64,000 nt of DNA, from contig OZ245742.1 of assembly GCA_965227295.1 (NCBI GenBank), positions 3,232,001 to 3,296,000 on the forward strand, written 5' to 3'. Below, piece by piece: positions 61,512-64,000 of this stretch. The position numbers and the translations under genes are program-made. The stretch comes from Leptonemataceae bacterium (GTDB taxonomy: Bacteria > Spirochaetota > Leptospiria > Leptospirales > Leptonemataceae). Each line of letters opens with the position of its first letter. Within the stretch, counting starts at the first letter, position 1. The notes below the pieces were generated by a model. That model made no database searches. It saw only the letters and a program-made list of their open reading frames with translations, and was not told the DNA's origin.

Positions 61512-62546
61512 ATGCAGCAATTATATCTCACCGGAAAACGGCGCATGGAGTGGCGGGAGATTCCCGATGCCGCCCTTGAGGCGAGTACGGACGCGGTGGT
61601 CCGTCCGCTGGCCATTGCTCGTTGTGACCTGGAGCCCACGATGATTGAGCGCGGCTTCATGATCTCGCGCCCGCCGATTCCGCTCGGTCACGAGTTCACC
61701 GGGGTCGTCGTCGAGGTGGGGCCGGACGTGCAATCGTTTCGCCCTGGCGACCGGATTGTCGCGCCGTTCGAGATTTCGTGCGGCGACTGCCGGCCGTGTC
61801 GCAAGGGTCGTTCCGCCGGATGTGAGAGCCTGGGCAAACACGCGGTGTACGGTCTCGGCCGGGGCCAACACTTCGCCGCCGGTGCTCTGGCGAATCGCAT
61901 TCGCGTGCCCTTCGCGGATCACATGTTGCTCGCGTTGCCGGATAGCGTCGACCCGGTGCATGCCGCTTCGCTTTCGGATAACGTCGTCGAGGGCTGGCGC
62001 GCCGTGGGCCCGGAGCTCTCCGCGGATCGGGATCAGTCCGTGCTGATCATCGGCGGCGGGGCACGCAGCGTCGGCCTGTACACGGCGGCGACTGCCGTAG
62101 CTCTCGGCGCCGCGGAGGTCGTCTACGTTGACCATGATCGCAGCCGCCTGGAGATCGGCGAACGCCTGGGTGTCAGCGTGCGCGAGGGCGGGCCGGATTG
62201 GCCGGAGAGCCTGGGCAGCTTCGATCTTGTTTCGGATTCCGGCGGAACTCCGGAGAGTCTGGACTGTGCCGTGCACTCCACGGCCTCCGGCGGCACGCTG
62301 ACTTCGCCGACGGTGTTCATGAGCAATAACGCTAAGTTCCCCCTGGCGTCGGTTTACGATCGCTCGTTGACGTTTCGCACGGGTTTCGTGCAATCCCGGG
62401 ACATGTTGCCGCCGGCCCTGGAGTTGATCGCGTCGGGGAAATACGATCCGGCGTTGATTACTACGCTCGTCGTGGACTTCGACGATGCGAAAGAGGCCTG
62501 GGCCGAGGATACGACGAAGGTCATTGCGCGCGGGCCGGCGGGGTGA
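61512..62546 (+). CDS. Zinc-dependent alcohol dehydrogenase
   Basis: RCDLE, LGHEFTG, CGDCRPCRKG...C; GGAGG RBS. Confidence 0.92.
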   Translation: MQQLYLTGKRRMEWREIPDAALEASTDAVVRPLAIARCDLEPTMIERGFMISRPPIPLGHEFTGVVVEVGPDVQSFRPGDRIVAPFEISCGDCRPCRKGRSAGCESLGKHAVYGLGRGQHFAAGALANRIRVPFADHMLLALPDSVDPVHAASLSDNVVEGWRAVGPELSADRDQSVLIIGGGARSVGLYTAATAVALGAAEVVYVDHDRSRLEIGERLGVSVREGGPDWPESLGSFDLVSDSGGTPESLDCAVHSTASGGTLTSPTVFMSNNAKFPLASVYDRSLTFRTGFVQSRDMLPPALELIASGKYDPALITTLVVDFDDAKEAWAEDTTKVIARGPAG

Positions 62547-62604
62547 TTCGAAGCAGTTTTCCGTTTGACGCCGCGGTTCGCGGCACAATCGTTACTGGAT
62601 TGCC

Positions 62605-63741
62605 ATGCAGTCCTTCGACTCGCTCAAAACCATCTACATCGACCGCGGGCTGACCGCCGCCGGCGAAAATCCCATCGTGCGCAACATCACCGAGCGCGCG
62701 CCGGCCCACGTGCGCCTGGAGTTCGTGGACGAGCCGCGAGAAATTCTCGATCGTTACGTCCACGGTGGCGGGGATATGAGCACGAAAGAAGACCTGCTCG
62801 TGTATCGATTCCCCGGCAAGTTCCTGTCGACGTGCCCCGGTTCCGACGGCATGGTCTGCTGCGCCTACTACGTCATCAACTTCGGCCTGGGCTGCCTCTA
62901 CGACTGCCACTACTGCTATCTGCAAAGTTTCCTGAATAATCCCTTAATGACACTTTTCGGAAACTTAGACGATCTCTTTGCCGAACTGGACCAGCGGACC
63001 CGGGGCAAGAACTTCCAGTTTCGCATCGGCACCGGCGAGTACACGGACTCCCTGGCGCTGGAACCGCTCACGGGCCTGTCCTCGGAACTGGTGCAATACT
63101 TTGCGCGGCATCCCAACGCCGTGCTCGAACTCAAGACGAAGTCGAGTAACGTGGACGATCTTTTGGGCCTGGATCATCGCGGGCGCACGGTGGTGTCCTG
63201 GTCGCTGAACCCGCCGCCGGTCATCGAGGCCATCGAGCCCGGGACGGCCACGCTCGACGAGCGCCTGGCCGCGGCACGCAAGGTCCAGGAGGCGGGCTAT
63301 CGTCTCGCCTTTCATCTGGACCCGCTCATCTACTTCGAAAACTGGGAGCGCGAGTACCACGATCTCATCGATCGTGTCTTCGACACCGTCGACCCGGACC
63401 ACGTCGCCTGGATTTCCACCGGCAGCTTTCGTTATACGAACGATCTGCGCGAAACGATTCAGGCCCGCTTTCCGGAGGACCGGTTGACCCGCGAGGGCGA
63501 GATGATCGCCGGGCCGGACGGCAAGCATCGTTACTTCAAGACCATCCGCGAGGACATGTTTCGTTCCATCAAAGCGAAGATCGAGTCCGTGGATCCGAAG
63601 TTGTTTTTGTACCTGTGCATGGAGACACAGCGCATGTGGCGCAAGGTCTACGGCACGGTTCCGGAATCCGGGAAGAACCTGGACGCGCAGTTCGAAGCGC
63701 GACGGCGATTCATTGATGAGGCGATTGCCGCGAAGGTTTGA
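62605..63741 (+). CDS. Spore photoproduct lyase-like radical SAM protein
   Basis: GCLYDCHYCYLQ, GTGEYTDSL, ELKTKS, SWSLNP, YLCME. Confidence 0.9.
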   Translation: MQSFDSLKTIYIDRGLTAAGENPIVRNITERAPAHVRLEFVDEPREILDRYVHGGGDMSTKEDLLVYRFPGKFLSTCPGSDGMVCCAYYVINFGLGCLYDCHYCYLQSFLNNPLMTLFGNLDDLFAELDQRTRGKNFQFRIGTGEYTDSLALEPLTGLSSELVQYFARHPNAVLELKTKSSNVDDLLGLDHRGRTVVSWSLNPPPVIEAIEPGTATLDERLAAARKVQEAGYRLAFHLDPLIYFENWEREYHDLIDRVFDTVDPDHVAWISTGSFRYTNDLRETIQARFPEDRLTREGEMIAGPDGKHRYFKTIREDMFRSIKAKIESVDPKLFLYLCMETQRMWRKVYGTVPESGKNLDAQFEARRRFIDEAIAAKV

Positions 63742-63750
63742 AGAAGACAA

Positions 63751-63862
63751 ACTCCGAGGAGCGAGGGGCCGAGTTTTTTTGGGGAGAGTGGCTGTGGGCG
63801 GAGCGCGGTCGGGCATAAGCTTGCCCTCAATTCTTTATTCTCGGTACCTCGGTCCTCGGAGT
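63751..63862. repeat. ACTCCGAGG inverted-repeat doublet
   Basis: ACTCCGAGGAGCGAGGGGCCGAG ... CTCGGTACCTCGGTCCTCGGAGT between convergent genes. Confidence 0.85.
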
Positions 63863-63868
63863 CAATCC

Positions 63869-64000
63869 TTAAGGTTTCACCGGCCCCATGCTGCGTTCTT
63901 TCGAATTCGTCGTCGCCGGAACGAGCGCCTTCGACTTCGGTTTCGTTGCGATCATCCGCACGATTTTCTCGTGACCGCGGTGTTTCGCAAAGCCGGCCGC
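63869..64000 (-). CDS. 3' end of a gene, possibly ankyrin-repeat
   Basis: Manual translation AAGFAKHRGHEKIVRMI...ERSMGPVKP-stop; resembles the end of an ankyrin repeat. Confidence 0.35.
   Translation of the reverse strand, partial: AAGFAKHRGHEKIVRMIATKPKSKALVPATTNSKERSMGPVKP

Overview
GC-rich bacterial chromosome segment. Gene content suggests Leptospirales/Leptospiraceae (inference: futalosine-pathway MqnA/MqnP, FcpB-like protein next to secG, PhaR-like/HEAT/SH3 block, MBOAT+DUF1574-like pair, dual cNMP Crp protein). Housekeeping genes include acnA, epmA, a sigma-70 factor, secG, an RluB-like synthase, methylmalonyl-CoA mutase (two subunits plus meaB), rpiA and an SplB-like radical SAM gene. 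Four things stand out. (1) A co-directional minus-strand cluster (about 9.1-19.5 kb): heme-oxygenase-like diiron protein, membrane coiled-coil (PspA-like) protein, ABC substrate-binding/OmpA fusion, permease, ATPase, coiled-coil protein, a vWA-PP2C-kinase triad (TerY-P-like) and a divergent LpxC-like deacetylase. (2) A 1.4-kb apparently non-coding tandem array of 330-440 bp modular units (22930-24332) with nested hairpins showing compensatory base changes, plus an inverted copy at 8658-9075 that appears to truncate a gene. (3) A second, dispersed family of ACTCCGAGGACCGAGG inverted-repeat doublets with variable interiors (8 sites), each just after a stop codon. (4) Apparent pseudo-enzymes: a PGK lacking its basic patch and a SpoIIE-like domain lacking catalytic Asp. 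No rRNA, tRNA, CRISPR array, transposase or reverse transcriptase was recognised. All calls are by eye; no searches were run.
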